Virus record (IMG/VR): IMGVR_UViG_3300033068_002024 | Span: 580 to 64,579 of that record | Source of the DNA: a virus | Length of the DNA stretch: 64,000 nucleotides | Reading direction: 5' to 3' (one strand) | In this document: in pieces, positions 38,025 to 47,850 of the stretch | Layout: each line of letters starts with the position of its first letter | How positions within the stretch are numbered: position 1 is the stretch's first letter | Made by a program: the position numbers and the translations under genes | Notes under the pieces: model-generated | Database searches by the model: none | What the model was told of the DNA's origin: nothing | Seen by the model: only the letters and a program-made list of their open reading frames with translations

Positions 38025-38964
38025 GACCCTCAAATTCGTTCAAGGCGCAGTGGCCAAGAAAGACTTTGTGCCGGTGCTAATGCACTTCCATATCAAGAAC
38101 GGAATCATCTGTGGTTACAATGGGCGCCTCGCGCTCAGCAGCCCAATTGACCTTGATTTGGATTGCTGCCCCTTGGCCAAGCCGTTTGTAAAAGCGATCC
38201 AAACGTGCAAAGATACTATTGAATTGCACATGACTGCTGCCGGGCGCCTATCTGTTAAATCTGGAAAGTTTCGCGCCTACGTGGATTGCGTGCAAGAGGT
38301 CTTTCCGGACATCAAGCCGGAAGGCGAAATAGTCGAACTTCAATCCGGCTTTTTGGATACCTTCAAATTGCTAGCGCCCTTCATCGCCGAAGACGATTCT
38401 AAGCAGTGGGCTCGCGGGATTCTTCTGCGCGGTCAATCGGCATACGCGACCAACAATATTATCCTGATCGAAAAATGGATGGGCTCTCCCTTTCCAGTGG
38501 AGGTCAATGTGCCGGCCAATGCAGTAGCCGAATTGCTGCGCATTGGCGAAGATCCGATTAGCCTCCAAATGAATGAAAACAGCCTTACTTTTCATTATTC
38601 GAGCGGGCGCTGGCTTCGCAGCCAACTGCTGTCAACCCAATGGCCCGATGTTGGGGCCATCCTTAGCCGGGAAAGCGCGCAGGAGCCAGTGCCGGAGGGC
38701 CTATGGGCTGGTTTGCAGGAAATTAAGCCCTTCGTTGACGACCTTGGCCGCGTATGGATTCGCCCCGGCAAAATCAGCACGCATCTTGATGAAGGCATTG
38801 GCGCCAGTACGGAAGTTCCAATGACCACAGTGGGTTGCTTCAATCTTGAACAGCTAGCCCTGCTTGAATCAGTTGCTACCTCAATAGATATCTCGGCGCA
38901 TCCGAGGCCCGGCTTGTTCTATGGCGACAAGTTGCGCGGGGCTATCGTTGGGATTCGAGTGTGA
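38017..38964 (+). CDS. DNA polymerase sliding clamp (beta-subunit-like)
   Basis: LKFVQGAVAKKDFVPVL.H, FP.I, GILL, ATN, QWPDV; upstream of the polymerase. Confidence 0.8.
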   Translation: MLETLKFVQGAVAKKDFVPVLMHFHIKNGIICGYNGRLALSSPIDLDLDCCPLAKPFVKAIQTCKDTIELHMTAAGRLSVKSGKFRAYVDCVQEVFPDIKPEGEIVELQSGFLDTFKLLAPFIAEDDSKQWARGILLRGQSAYATNNIILIEKWMGSPFPVEVNVPANAVAELLRIGEDPISLQMNENSLTFHYSSGRWLRSQLLSTQWPDVGAILSRESAQEPVPEGLWAGLQEIKPFVDDLGRVWIRPGKISTHLDEGIGASTEVPMTTVGCFNLEQLALLESVATSIDISAHPRPGLFYGDKLRGAIVGIRV

Positions 38965-39311
38965 AAGAGCGCATCTTAGTTTGCGGCGGTCGAGAATATC
39001 ATGACCGCCAATACTTTTTTGAGCGCATGAATTACGCGAAGCAATGGTTCGCAAAAGAATTTTGTATTATTCACGGCCATGCGCGCGGAGCGGATATGCT
39101 TGCTCACGTTTGGTGTTTTGAAACCGGCTGCGCCACCATGTCCATGCCGGCCAATTGGCATTATTACGACAAACGAGCCGGACCCATCCGCAACCGTTGG
39201 ATGCTCAAGTGGGGCATGCCAGATTTGGTCATTGCTTTCCCGGGTAACTCAGGAACAGCTGATATGGTATCTATAGCTACAAATGCCAACATAGATGTTT
39301 GGAAGCCCTAA
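38961..39311 (+). CDS. SLOG-superfamily protein (DUF2493/YspA-like)
   Basis: LVCGGR, IHGHARGAD, AGPIRN, AFPG.SGTADM. Confidence 0.85.
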   Translation: MKERILVCGGREYHDRQYFFERMNYAKQWFAKEFCIIHGHARGADMLAHVWCFETGCATMSMPANWHYYDKRAGPIRNRWMLKWGMPDLVIAFPGNSGTADMVSIATNANIDVWKP

Positions 39312-41368
39312 TGCCTCGTGCTGATTTAGATGGCATGTTTTGGGACGAAAGAGTTCCGCCCAAGCCGCCCAAAAAAGAAAAACCAAAGCCTGTTCCTCCG
39401 GACCCGGTATGGCTTCTGCCCGGCTACCTTCCGGGCCTCGCTCAAGCGCTGGCCATGAAGCCGGATCTTTTTACCGACGCAGAGCTTGTAGAAGCCCAGC
39501 GCAATGGCGAACAGCTGGTATGGGATATCGAGTGCTATCCCAACTATTTCCTTGTAGCCTTTAAATCCATTCAAAGTGGCAAGGTGCTATTGTTCGAAAT
39601 GGACGATGAGCATGAGCTTGACCGGGCAAAACTCGAATGGGTTCTGCTCAGCTTCTGTATGGTGGATTACAACGGCAATAATTACGACTGCATCATTGCA
39701 TCTATTGCGCTGGCCGGGCGCACCTGCGAAGAGCTGTTTGAAGCCACAACGCAAATCATTGTTTATCAAGTTCGCGGACGCGATGTGCTAAAGCACTTCA
39801 AAGCTCCGCGCGTGCCGATTAACCATATCGACTTAATTGAATTGGTGGCTCTGAGCCCTTCGCTGAAGTTGCTCTCCGGTCGCGTGCATTCCAAGAGGAT
39901 GCAGGATCTACCGTTTGCACCGGGCACCTATTTATCGTTCGAGCAAAAAGCAATCACGCGATGGTATTGCGTAAACGACCTTGACAACACTACTGACGTG
40001 CGCAACGAACTGTTGCCAGATATCCAATTGCGCGAGCGCATGTCCGTTCGCTATGGTATGGATTTGCGCTCGCATTCCGATGCACAAATTGCCGAAGCAA
40101 TCATCATATCACAAATCAAAAAGCTCACTGGCAAGAAGTATGTGCCGCGCGCAACCGTTGATCCCAATGCCACCTATCGCTACAAAGCGCCTTGGTTTAT
40201 CAAATATCGCACGCCGAGGCTTAACCAGATTCTTGAAGTTGTTACAAATGCTTGGTTTACTTTGCAAGCCAATGGCAGCGTTAAGATGCCGGAGGAAATT
40301 GAAAGCCTCCAAATCGAAATTGCAAATTCTGTTTATCGCATGGGCATTGGAGGCTTGCACAGCTCCGAAGAAAATGCAGCGCACTTCGCAGACGAAGACA
40401 CTGTTCTTTCCGATCGCGACGTGGCCTCCTATTACCCGCGTATCATTTTGAATTGCGGCTTAGCTCCGGTCCACCTCGGCCGTCACTTCCTATCCGTTTA
40501 CCATGCGATTGTAGATGAGCGGCTAGCAGCCAAAGCGCGCGGCGATAAAACCGAAGCAGACGGCCTGAAGATTGTTGTCAACGGCTCCTTTGGCAAGCTG
40601 GGCAGCATGTACTCGGCGCTGTATTCGCCAGACCTGCTCATTCAAACCACCATTACTGGTCAGCTTTCGCTGCTCATGTTAATTGAGCGTCTGGAATTGT
40701 TCGGCATCCCTGTGGTAAGCGCCAATACCGACGGCATCGTAATCAAGTGCCCGAAAAAGCATATCCCGCACATGAATGCAATTGTTCGCGAGTGGGAAGT
40801 TGAAACTGGTTTCGAAACCGAAGAGACCCGTTACAAGATGCTGCTTAGCCGCGATGTCAACAATTACTTTGCAGTCAAAACCAAATACGATAAAGCAACT
40901 AAAACTTGGACCGATGAAATTGATGATTGCAAAGTGAAAGGGGTCTATTCGGAAAAAGGCTCTAGCCGCAACAGCATCCTATCCAAGAATCCGACTGCGC
41001 TCATTTGCAGCGACGCGATTATGAAATATATAACCACGGGGGTGCCGATTGAGCGCACTATTCGCGAATGCACTGACGTGCGCCGCTTTGTTAGCGTTCG
41101 CACTGTGCGCGGCGGGGCTTTCAAAGGCGAGTATCTCGGCAAGGCCATTCGGTGGTATTATGCCGCCGGAGAAACCGGGACTATTGTGAACGCTAAATCC
41201 GGCCATACTGTTCCTCGTTCGGAAGGGGCAAAGCCGCTCATGCAGTTGCCGGATGAGTTTCCCGGCGATATGAATTACGAATGGTACGAGAAAGAAGCTA
41301 ATAAAATGCTCGTTGAAATTGGCTATCTTAAAGGAACGATTGAGAGCGAAATAGAGGAGTGCGCTTAA
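39311..41368 (+). CDS. Family B DNA polymerase
   Basis: Exonuclease WDIECY and YNGNNYD; polymerase DVASYYP, KIVVNGSFGK, NTDG. Confidence 0.92.
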   Translation: MPRADLDGMFWDERVPPKPPKKEKPKPVPPDPVWLLPGYLPGLAQALAMKPDLFTDAELVEAQRNGEQLVWDIECYPNYFLVAFKSIQSGKVLLFEMDDEHELDRAKLEWVLLSFCMVDYNGNNYDCIIASIALAGRTCEELFEATTQIIVYQVRGRDVLKHFKAPRVPINHIDLIELVALSPSLKLLSGRVHSKRMQDLPFAPGTYLSFEQKAITRWYCVNDLDNTTDVRNELLPDIQLRERMSVRYGMDLRSHSDAQIAEAIIISQIKKLTGKKYVPRATVDPNATYRYKAPWFIKYRTPRLNQILEVVTNAWFTLQANGSVKMPEEIESLQIEIANSVYRMGIGGLHSSEENAAHFADEDTVLSDRDVASYYPRIILNCGLAPVHLGRHFLSVYHAIVDERLAAKARGDKTEADGLKIVVNGSFGKLGSMYSALYSPDLLIQTTITGQLSLLMLIERLELFGIPVVSANTDGIVIKCPKKHIPHMNAIVREWEVETGFETEETRYKMLLSRDVNNYFAVKTKYDKATKTWTDEIDDCKVKGVYSEKGSSRNSILSKNPTALICSDAIMKYITTGVPIERTIRECTDVRRFVSVRTVRGGAFKGEYLGKAIRWYYAAGETGTIVNAKSGHTVPRSEGAKPLMQLPDEFPGDMNYEWYEKEANKMLVEIGYLKGTIESEIEECA

Positions 41369-41434
41369 ACCCGCTTTACGTATAATGTCGCATGGCTCGA
41401 GCGTCCTCGAGCTCCCACCATCGGAGAATCCAAT

Positions 41435-42886
41435 ATGTCCCGCGCTTGGTCCGCTAATCAAAACCAAATTTTCGATTTTGTCAGGAGTGGTTCTGGCAAT
41501 GCAATTGTTGAAGCTGTGGCCGGCTCCGGCAAAACCACCACCATGGTGGAAGCTCAAAAGATCGTCATGCATCAAAACAAATCCAACGTATTTCTGGCCT
41601 TTAACAAGTCCATTGCCGAGGAGCTCAAGCAGCGCGGCGTTAACGGCCGCACCTTCCATTCCATCACCTATTCGCCGGTAACACGCCACAAAGGCGTGCG
41701 CGATATTGCCGACGATAAAATGCACCGCATCTGCAAAGCCAAGCTCAGCGGCGATGAGATGGCCATGTACGGCACGTTCATTAATCGTCTGGTGGGGCTG
41801 GCCAAGCAATCAGGCATGGGTCCACTTCTGGCCGATACTCAAGCCAACTGGATGGGGATCGTTGAATATCACGATCTGGAATTGGAAGATGATAACGCCG
41901 AGCTCGGCGTTGCGGTAGATCTGGCGCGCGAAGCGCTGCACTGGTCCAACGAAAGCCCACTGGTTGATTTCGACGATTTGCTGTATTTGTCGGTAAAAGA
42001 AGGGCTTACGCTGCCAAAATTCGAATTTCTTTTCGTTGACGAGGCGCAAGATACCAACGCTATCCAGCGGGCTATCCTTCGCAAGATGCTGCTCCCAAAT
42101 TCCCGCATCGTTGCGGTGGGCGACCCGGCTCAGGCCATCTATGGTTTCCGCGGAGCTGATTCCAACTCGCTCTCGTTAATTGCTCGAGAATTCAGTTGCG
42201 AAAGCTTGCCGCTGACCGTGACCTATCGCTGCCCCACGAAAGTAGTGGAATACGTGCACCAATGGGTAAGCCATATCCAAGCGGCGCCGGGCGCCCCGGA
42301 AGGCGAGGTCATGAATCTGGGCCAAGCTTGGGATCATTCCATTTTCAATCCCCAAGATCTGGTAGTATGCCGCACTACCAAGCCGCTCATTGCACTGGCT
42401 TTCCAAATGATCAAACAGCATCGGCCAGTTTTCGTTATGGGCAGCGAAATCGGCAAACAGCTGAAAGGACTCATCAAAAAGCTGAAAGCAAACAGTTTGG
42501 AAGAGCTGGAAGCCAAGCTCGAAATCTGGGAAACCGCTGAAGTAGAAAAGGCAGTTGCCCGGCAAAAAGATTCCAAGGTAGCCACCATTCAGGATAAGGC
42601 GGCTACTATCCGGTGCCTTATCGAAGGCATGGATGATGGTAAGAGCATTAACGACCTAAACTTGGTCATTGACCAAATGTTCATTAATAAGGCAGATGCC
42701 ACCATCCTCGCTACTATCCACAAGGCTAAGGGCTTGGAAGCCAACCGCGTCTTCTGGCTTAACCGCTCGGCTTGCCCTTCCAAGTGGGCGCGTCAGGATT
42801 GGCAGCGGCAGCAAGAGGATAACCTGTGCTACGTGGCGGCTACCCGGGCCATCAAATCTTTGGTCATGATCGAGGAGCAAGACTAG
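41435..42886 (+). CDS. SF1 UvrD/Rep-like helicase
   Basis: AVAGSGKTT, VDEAQD, VGDPAQAIYGFRGA, TIHKAKGLE, YVAATRA. Confidence 0.93.
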   Translation: MSRAWSANQNQIFDFVRSGSGNAIVEAVAGSGKTTTMVEAQKIVMHQNKSNVFLAFNKSIAEELKQRGVNGRTFHSITYSPVTRHKGVRDIADDKMHRICKAKLSGDEMAMYGTFINRLVGLAKQSGMGPLLADTQANWMGIVEYHDLELEDDNAELGVAVDLAREALHWSNESPLVDFDDLLYLSVKEGLTLPKFEFLFVDEAQDTNAIQRAILRKMLLPNSRIVAVGDPAQAIYGFRGADSNSLSLIAREFSCESLPLTVTYRCPTKVVEYVHQWVSHIQAAPGAPEGEVMNLGQAWDHSIFNPQDLVVCRTTKPLIALAFQMIKQHRPVFVMGSEIGKQLKGLIKKLKANSLEELEAKLEIWETAEVEKAVARQKDSKVATIQDKAATIRCLIEGMDDGKSINDLNLVIDQMFINKADATILATIHKAKGLEANRVFWLNRSACPSKWARQDWQRQQEDNLCYVAATRAIKSLVMIEEQD

Positions 42887-42965
42887 CCGCCTTTAGAGCT
42901 AACTAGTTAGTGCTGGATTTGGCTAGTTAGCTCATAATTGCCTTGTCTTAATCAAGGAGCCAATC

Positions 42966-43724
42966 ATGAGCAACGAAAATGATATTGACGGCGTTTTGCG
43001 CCGCATTGAAAAACTTCTGGCAATCGCCAACTGCCCCAGCGCCGACCCGAACGAAGCGGCTGCCGCTGCCGGCATGGCCGAGCGCATCATGCGCAAGTAT
43101 CAGGTGGAGCACGCTGACATTATCATGGCTTCGCTCAAGCGTGGCGAGGACATGGTTCAAGAGGATATTGTAGTAACCGCCAAAACCAACGGCACCCGCG
43201 TCTTGCGTGTTCCAACTTGGGCAAACATCATTTCGACCGAAATTGCAAGGTTCTGCGGGGTTGGCTCAGCTCTTTCGTGGAACCAAAGCGAAGAAGCCTG
43301 CGTTCGGTTCGTAGGATTTAAAAACGACGTTCTAATGGCACGTTGGATGCTAGACTACCTTGCCGGCACCGTAAATGCCTTTTCGCTGGCTTTCAGGTCT
43401 GACCCGCGCTATGCGCTTGGCGGGCGCCGGGCAATGAACTCGTACCGCGATGGGGTAGCCTTTGGCATCTGCTCCAAAATCCATGCTCTGACTAAGCAGA
43501 AGGAGGCTGAGACCAAAGTTGATCAAGTTGGAACGAACTTGGTGGTGGTTAAAGATGCTGCTTTGCGGGAGAAGTATGCAGCAGTGTATTTCGAAACAAA
43601 AGAACTTACTACCCGCAACAACCACCAGAATTCCGCTTTCGCGGATGGCTGGCGCGATGGGCACAAAGTAGCTGTTGATCGGAAGCCGCTAGAAGGCGCA
43701 AACGCACCGCTGAGACTGAAATAA
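42966..43724 (+). CDS. DUF2786-domain protein
   Basis: LRRIEKLLAIA...NEAAAA...AERIMRKY N-terminal motif. Confidence 0.8.
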   Translation: MSNENDIDGVLRRIEKLLAIANCPSADPNEAAAAAGMAERIMRKYQVEHADIIMASLKRGEDMVQEDIVVTAKTNGTRVLRVPTWANIISTEIARFCGVGSALSWNQSEEACVRFVGFKNDVLMARWMLDYLAGTVNAFSLAFRSDPRYALGGRRAMNSYRDGVAFGICSKIHALTKQKEAETKVDQVGTNLVVVKDAALREKYAAVYFETKELTTRNNHQNSAFADGWRDGHKVAVDRKPLEGANAPLRLK

Positions 43725-43774
43725 AAAGCGACCCGGGAGACCGGGTCGAAGGCTTGCCACCACAGCAAGCGGAG

Positions 43775-43936
43775 TCAAAATCCAAAGCCAAAGGCTATCA
43801 GGATGCTCCGGAGAGCGTTTATAAACGGCTCGGCTGGAGCAATTCCTGCAATCACTAAGCCGCCCCATACCAAAAACACAACTGTTACAATTGCGAATTT
43901 GTACTGCGACTTTATTCTTAGTAGAATATTTTTCAT
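43775..43936 (-). CDS. Small membrane protein after the endolysin (53 aa)
   Basis: Hand translation MKNILLRIKSQYKFAIVTVVFLVWGGLVIAGIAPAEPFINALRSILIAFGFGF; TAATG coupling to the endolysin. Confidence 0.65.
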   Translation of the reverse strand: MKNILLRIKSQYKFAIVTVVFLVWGGLVIAGIAPAEPFINALRSILIAFGFGF

Positions 43937-44436
43937 TATGCACCTTTCAAGATGTCATATTTATTCAAGTTATACTTATTTATGATCTGTTGAATTTTTA
44001 CCACATAGTTTGGATCAGTAGCATACCCGCCGGCAACGATGAGTTGGCAGAAGCTGGCACCGTCAATATCGTGCCCGCGAACAAAAGCCGGGGCATACCG
44101 CGGAAGCGAAGTTAAAACCTTCTCGCGATCGGCAATGCATTCGGCAAAGTTGGCATACTTACGCCACTGGGCCGGAACTTGGTACGCGTCATCTTTTTGG
44201 CCATCGCCATCCAGATCGGCGTACTCTGTGGTCATAAGGACCAGCTTATCGCCTTTCCAGTTGGAGCCAGCCTTGACACCGAACAAATTGCGAGCTTCGC
44301 GGGCAAGTTTGGAACGACCCCAGCCGGATTCAAGCGAAGCCTGAGCAATGGTGAAGCTTGCAGGAATACCAGCGCGCTTCCAGCTCTCAACGGCTGCCGG
44401 AGCAATGGCGTTAATGAATATTTCTTGCTGGTTCAT
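43936..44436 (-). CDS. Endolysin, GH73 glucosaminidase (FlgJ-like)
   Basis: AQASLESGWG, NLFGVKA, TTEY, GYATDPNY. Confidence 0.92.
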   Translation of the reverse strand: MNQQEIFINAIAPAAVESWKRAGIPASFTIAQASLESGWGRSKLAREARNLFGVKAGSNWKGDKLVLMTTEYADLDGDGQKDDAYQVPAQWRKYANFAECIADREKVLTSLPRYAPAFVRGHDIDGASFCQLIVAGGYATDPNYVVKIQQIINKYNLNKYDILKGA

Positions 44437-44762
44437 AAATCAAGATCCTTTATCTTTTTCTCAAAATATTTTTCAACATATCGCTCCCAAAGGAACAGGA
44501 GCCGGGTCCCCATATGCCCGCCAACGCCGGCCATAGCTGCGCATAAGCCTAGAGGGCATCCAAGGGCTGCAAGGCCCATGAAGGTGCCGATGCCAACTAC
44601 TGCAGAAATGACAATTTCTCCGATAAATTGGAAAATACTAAAAGCTCGGGTATTGCCGTATTTAAACTTAGTGTACCAGTTCACCAGTCCACCTCCGACA
44701 GCCATGCCCATTCCAAGCGCCCAAGTTGCCAATCCCCAGGTAGTCGGGTCTTTTTCTAACAT
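44433..44762 (-). CDS. Holin
   Basis: Three hydrophobic segments, basic C-terminus, ATGA overlap with the endolysin. Confidence 0.85.
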   Translation of the reverse strand: MLEKDPTTWGLATWALGMGMAVGGGLVNWYTKFKYGNTRAFSIFQFIGEIVISAVVGIGTFMGLAALGCPLGLCAAMAGVGGHMGTRLLFLWERYVEKYFEKKIKDLDL

Positions 44763-44793
44763 GATCTTATTTCCTTACAGCAATGAGTTAGAA

Positions 44794-45216
44794 TTACCCT
44801 ACTATTGGTCTTGCCGGAGGTTTTGGCATTTCTACAGTTAAAAGTTCGAATGAAGACGGGGGCGCAAGTAATCCTTTTTTGATATTGGAAACTATCTTGG
44901 AAGCCCATGTCCAAACCGAGTCTCGCCAGCCAATTAAAGCCGCTGCCTCCATTCGAAACTGATCAACTGAACTAGTTGAATAGCTGGCAGCAGATACAAT
45001 CGAATTGTATCCCCAGCTTTGAGCATAGGCATCAATTATCTGATCTAATTTCAATTCATATGAAGAAATCAAGTCATCCAGATCGGAAGATGGGGGCCAT
45101 TCTCCGGTTATCTCTTCCCATCCGGAGTCAATAGCCTTTAACATGTATGGAATTTGGTCTTGCATATTTTCATCATATGCAAAAGTCTGGCCTGAATGAC
45201 TTTTAAAATATCGCAT
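44794..45216 (-). CDS. Tail fibre assembly chaperone-like protein
   Basis: Follows the fibre gene; GYNSIVSAASY...EA..L..WRDSVW motif. Confidence 0.65.
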   Translation of the reverse strand: MRYFKSHSGQTFAYDENMQDQIPYMLKAIDSGWEEITGEWPPSSDLDDLISSYELKLDQIIDAYAQSWGYNSIVSAASYSTSSVDQFRMEAAALIGWRDSVWTWASKIVSNIKKGLLAPPSSFELLTVEMPKPPARPIVG

Positions 45217-45227
45217 GGTAAAATCTC

Positions 45228-46073
45228 TTAAAGGAACTCGTACCATTGGACAATTGCAACGTTCGATGCTCCTGAGCCAACCTGATAAACCTGACCAGCA
45301 GGTACGATAAAGGTTAGAAAAGCTTGGCTACTGTTGGCAACGGCAACGTTTGCACAAGCCGGAACACCATTAACATATGCAATCACGCCTCGCGTTCCAT
45401 TGGTGGATTGAAAGGTAACGTTAACTTGCATTGGTCGAGAACCACTATTGGTATAAGCCGTATTGAAAAATTTTGCCCCAGTTCGTTCAACGTAGCCATA
45501 TGGAAATAAAACATTTGAACCAATTGCGGTAATAAGAGCAGTATTGGCGGAATTCTGTGCGTTATTAGCACTTGACTGCGCAGTGTTAGCAGCATTGAGC
45601 GCATTTGACGCTACTTGGTTTGCAGTATTTGCAGTAGCCTGAGCTTGGTTTACCTGCGCAATAGTTGCAAAATTACCAGCGACCTGAACCGCTGTGTAAT
45701 AGCTCGCCAAGTTGTTTTTTACATATGCGGTAGTTGCAATTTTAGTGCTATTTTCTGTTGAAGCATGAGTTGGCGCTACAGGGTTGCCAGTTAACGTGCA
45801 GTCATGGCTAAAGGCTGCCAGTAAATTGGTCGCAAGTGTTGTAATATCGCCGTTATCAAGTGCGTCTAAATCCGGACGACGAGTAACTACTATTTGGCCC
45901 ATTGCGGCAGCAACGGCGGAGGCTTGCCGCCATACTTTGTTAAGCTGCACTGATTGGGCTGTGCCCGCGTTGAAACCCGCTGCACGCGCTGCTAAGGCCG
46001 CATAGCTGGCTTGTGGGAGGACATTTGCGCCTACCCCCGTGCCAAATGCTAAAAAGTCATTTACTCCGGCCAT
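45228..46073 (-). CDS. Tail fibre protein
   Basis: NDFLAFGTG.GANV...LNKVWRQ N-terminus, GNPVAPT..KIATTAYV, coiled coil, YTNSGSRP...FIVPAG tip. Confidence 0.85.
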   Translation of the reverse strand: MAGVNDFLAFGTGVGANVLPQASYAALAARAAGFNAGTAQSVQLNKVWRQASAVAAAMGQIVVTRRPDLDALDNGDITTLATNLLAAFSHDCTLTGNPVAPTHASTENSTKIATTAYVKNNLASYYTAVQVAGNFATIAQVNQAQATANTANQVASNALNAANTAQSSANNAQNSANTALITAIGSNVLFPYGYVERTGAKFFNTAYTNSGSRPMQVNVTFQSTNGTRGVIAYVNGVPACANVAVANSSQAFLTFIVPAGQVYQVGSGASNVAIVQWYEFL

Positions 46074-46083
46074 CGCCTAGTCC

Positions 46084-46647
46084 TCAAAGATAAACGATAT
46101 CATAAGTAAAGCCCGCAGGCTTCGGAATCATGAGACCGTTGTCGAGCAAAGTTTTTAGGATCAAGGGAACGCTTCCGGAAACCTTGACCGTAAATGTTTT
46201 ATCCTGGTTATCGACCGCGTAAGCCGACACTCCTGAACCATCAAACACTTTATCCATGATGGCGTTAAAATCCACTGCGGTCGAATCCCAGTTATTGATC
46301 CCTACTTTGGCCTTTAGCAAGCGGCGATAAGAATCATCGTCCAGACGCGTTGTTCCGGATACAGGATCGAATGGAGCGAACCAAATGCCTTCGTCAAATC
46401 CAAGATCTTCTGTATCAAACGAAAAATAAATATCTAATGGGATATCAACATACCTTTTAAATCCCACCCATTCTCCAATGTAATCCAGCATCAGCCCTTC
46501 GGAGTTATCAATATCATAAACCATTTGGTCCAGGACATTTTGATTATCCACAAAGGGCTGCACTGCTATCGCAACTACCTTCATGAACTTGGGCTTATTG
46601 GAATGCGCCGAAGTTATCTTGCTCGTGTAGGTCTCCAAATCAGCCAT
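46084..46647 (-). CDS. Baseplate wedge protein (DUF2612-like)
   Basis: LDYIGEWVG, LDDDSYR.LLKAK, DNQD, PKPAG. Confidence 0.85.
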   Translation of the reverse strand: MADLETYTSKITSAHSNKPKFMKVVAIAVQPFVDNQNVLDQMVYDIDNSEGLMLDYIGEWVGFKRYVDIPLDIYFSFDTEDLGFDEGIWFAPFDPVSGTTRLDDDSYRRLLKAKVGINNWDSTAVDFNAIMDKVFDGSGVSAYAVDNQDKTFTVKVSGSVPLILKTLLDNGLMIPKPAGFTYDIVYL

Positions 46648-46654
46648 GGTTCAC

Positions 46655-47842
46655 CTATGCGGTAACAATGACAATATCGGCAACTTGGCAAGTAGCAATT
46701 TGGTTGTATCCAATAGTGATATCGGATGTTCCAACTGCTGCCGGATAGATTGAGCCTTTGATGGTGACGATTTCAAAAGTTAGAGAATCCGGCGCGCCGT
46801 ATAACTGAGCTGGTACTTGCAAGCGCGGTAGCATAATTTTGTTGCCGATGGTGAGACCATTGATATAATCTGCAACTGCTTGCTTCTGAGCAGCACCAAT
46901 ATTGGTATTGTAACCAACCAAACCATGCAAGGTGATTTCGACTTTAATCCTCTGAGGAGCTGGGACGGAATAATTAATATCGTTCGGCTCGCCTTTGGAA
47001 TCGTAAACCGTAATTGTGGTTGATCCGTAAGTTGGAGCGCCAAGTGTTTTCTTCAGGTTGATAGTGGTGGCGATTTCAGATGCAATGCCACCGTCCACTA
47101 CCATTGCAATTGCTCCGGCGGGGATGCCATTTTCATCAGTAGAACCGGAGTCGTTTTCATAACCTCGCACGGCGGTTACTCCGGTTAAATTGCGAATAGC
47201 GCCTTCAATACCTTCCAAAATGGTGAGAGAAGACTGTGCAACTGAATCCTCGCGTCGTAACCTTAACCTAGGATCTGTTTCAACTGGTTGGCCCGCAACT
47301 GCTGCGCTTGCATTAGTTACTGATTGCCACCCTTGTTGTGGGGTAGCGATCGAATTGACAGCGCCAGCGGCGGCGGGAATAGCCCCGGGCTGCTGCGCAA
47401 TAGCAGTAACGACAATTTGACCTTCTGGCGGAATTGTAACACTTGCAGGAAGATTCCATTTATTACCAGAAGTATCGGCAGCCACCCCGTTAACAATGAT
47501 TTTGCCAACTTGGCCAACCACTGTGACATTGACCGTTGAATTGCTTGAGGAAAGGCGTTCGATTCCATTGATCTTAACAGCAGCAGAAAGAGCGTTACCC
47601 ACTGCATAACTTGGCGAATAATTATGGAACGTTTTTATAGTGCCTTTATTTGAATCGTCAATGGCTTTTGCCAAAACAGCGATCCATTGGCCGTCTTGAC
47701 TATCTTCGGCAAGATAGCAATCGGCGCCGTAAATTTCTTTGTAGGAGGCTATAAGGCTTTGGTAAATCTGATCGTACGGAGGTGCAGAAATCCCACTCTC
47801 ATCAATGGTAGGGCCAAGCGTAGCGAGCGGGTATGTTGGCAT
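46655..47842 (-). CDS. Baseplate J-like protein
   Basis: DSQDGQW, G..VETD..LRLR, VVDGG. Confidence 0.9.
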   Translation of the reverse strand: MPTYPLATLGPTIDESGISAPPYDQIYQSLIASYKEIYGADCYLAEDSQDGQWIAVLAKAIDDSNKGTIKTFHNYSPSYAVGNALSAAVKINGIERLSSSNSTVNVTVVGQVGKIIVNGVAADTSGNKWNLPASVTIPPEGQIVVTAIAQQPGAIPAAAGAVNSIATPQQGWQSVTNASAAVAGQPVETDPRLRLRREDSVAQSSLTILEGIEGAIRNLTGVTAVRGYENDSGSTDENGIPAGAIAMVVDGGIASEIATTINLKKTLGAPTYGSTTITVYDSKGEPNDINYSVPAPQRIKVEITLHGLVGYNTNIGAAQKQAVADYINGLTIGNKIMLPRLQVPAQLYGAPDSLTFEIVTIKGSIYPAAVGTSDITIGYNQIATCQVADIVIVTA

Positions 47843-47850
47843 CTCGGTCT

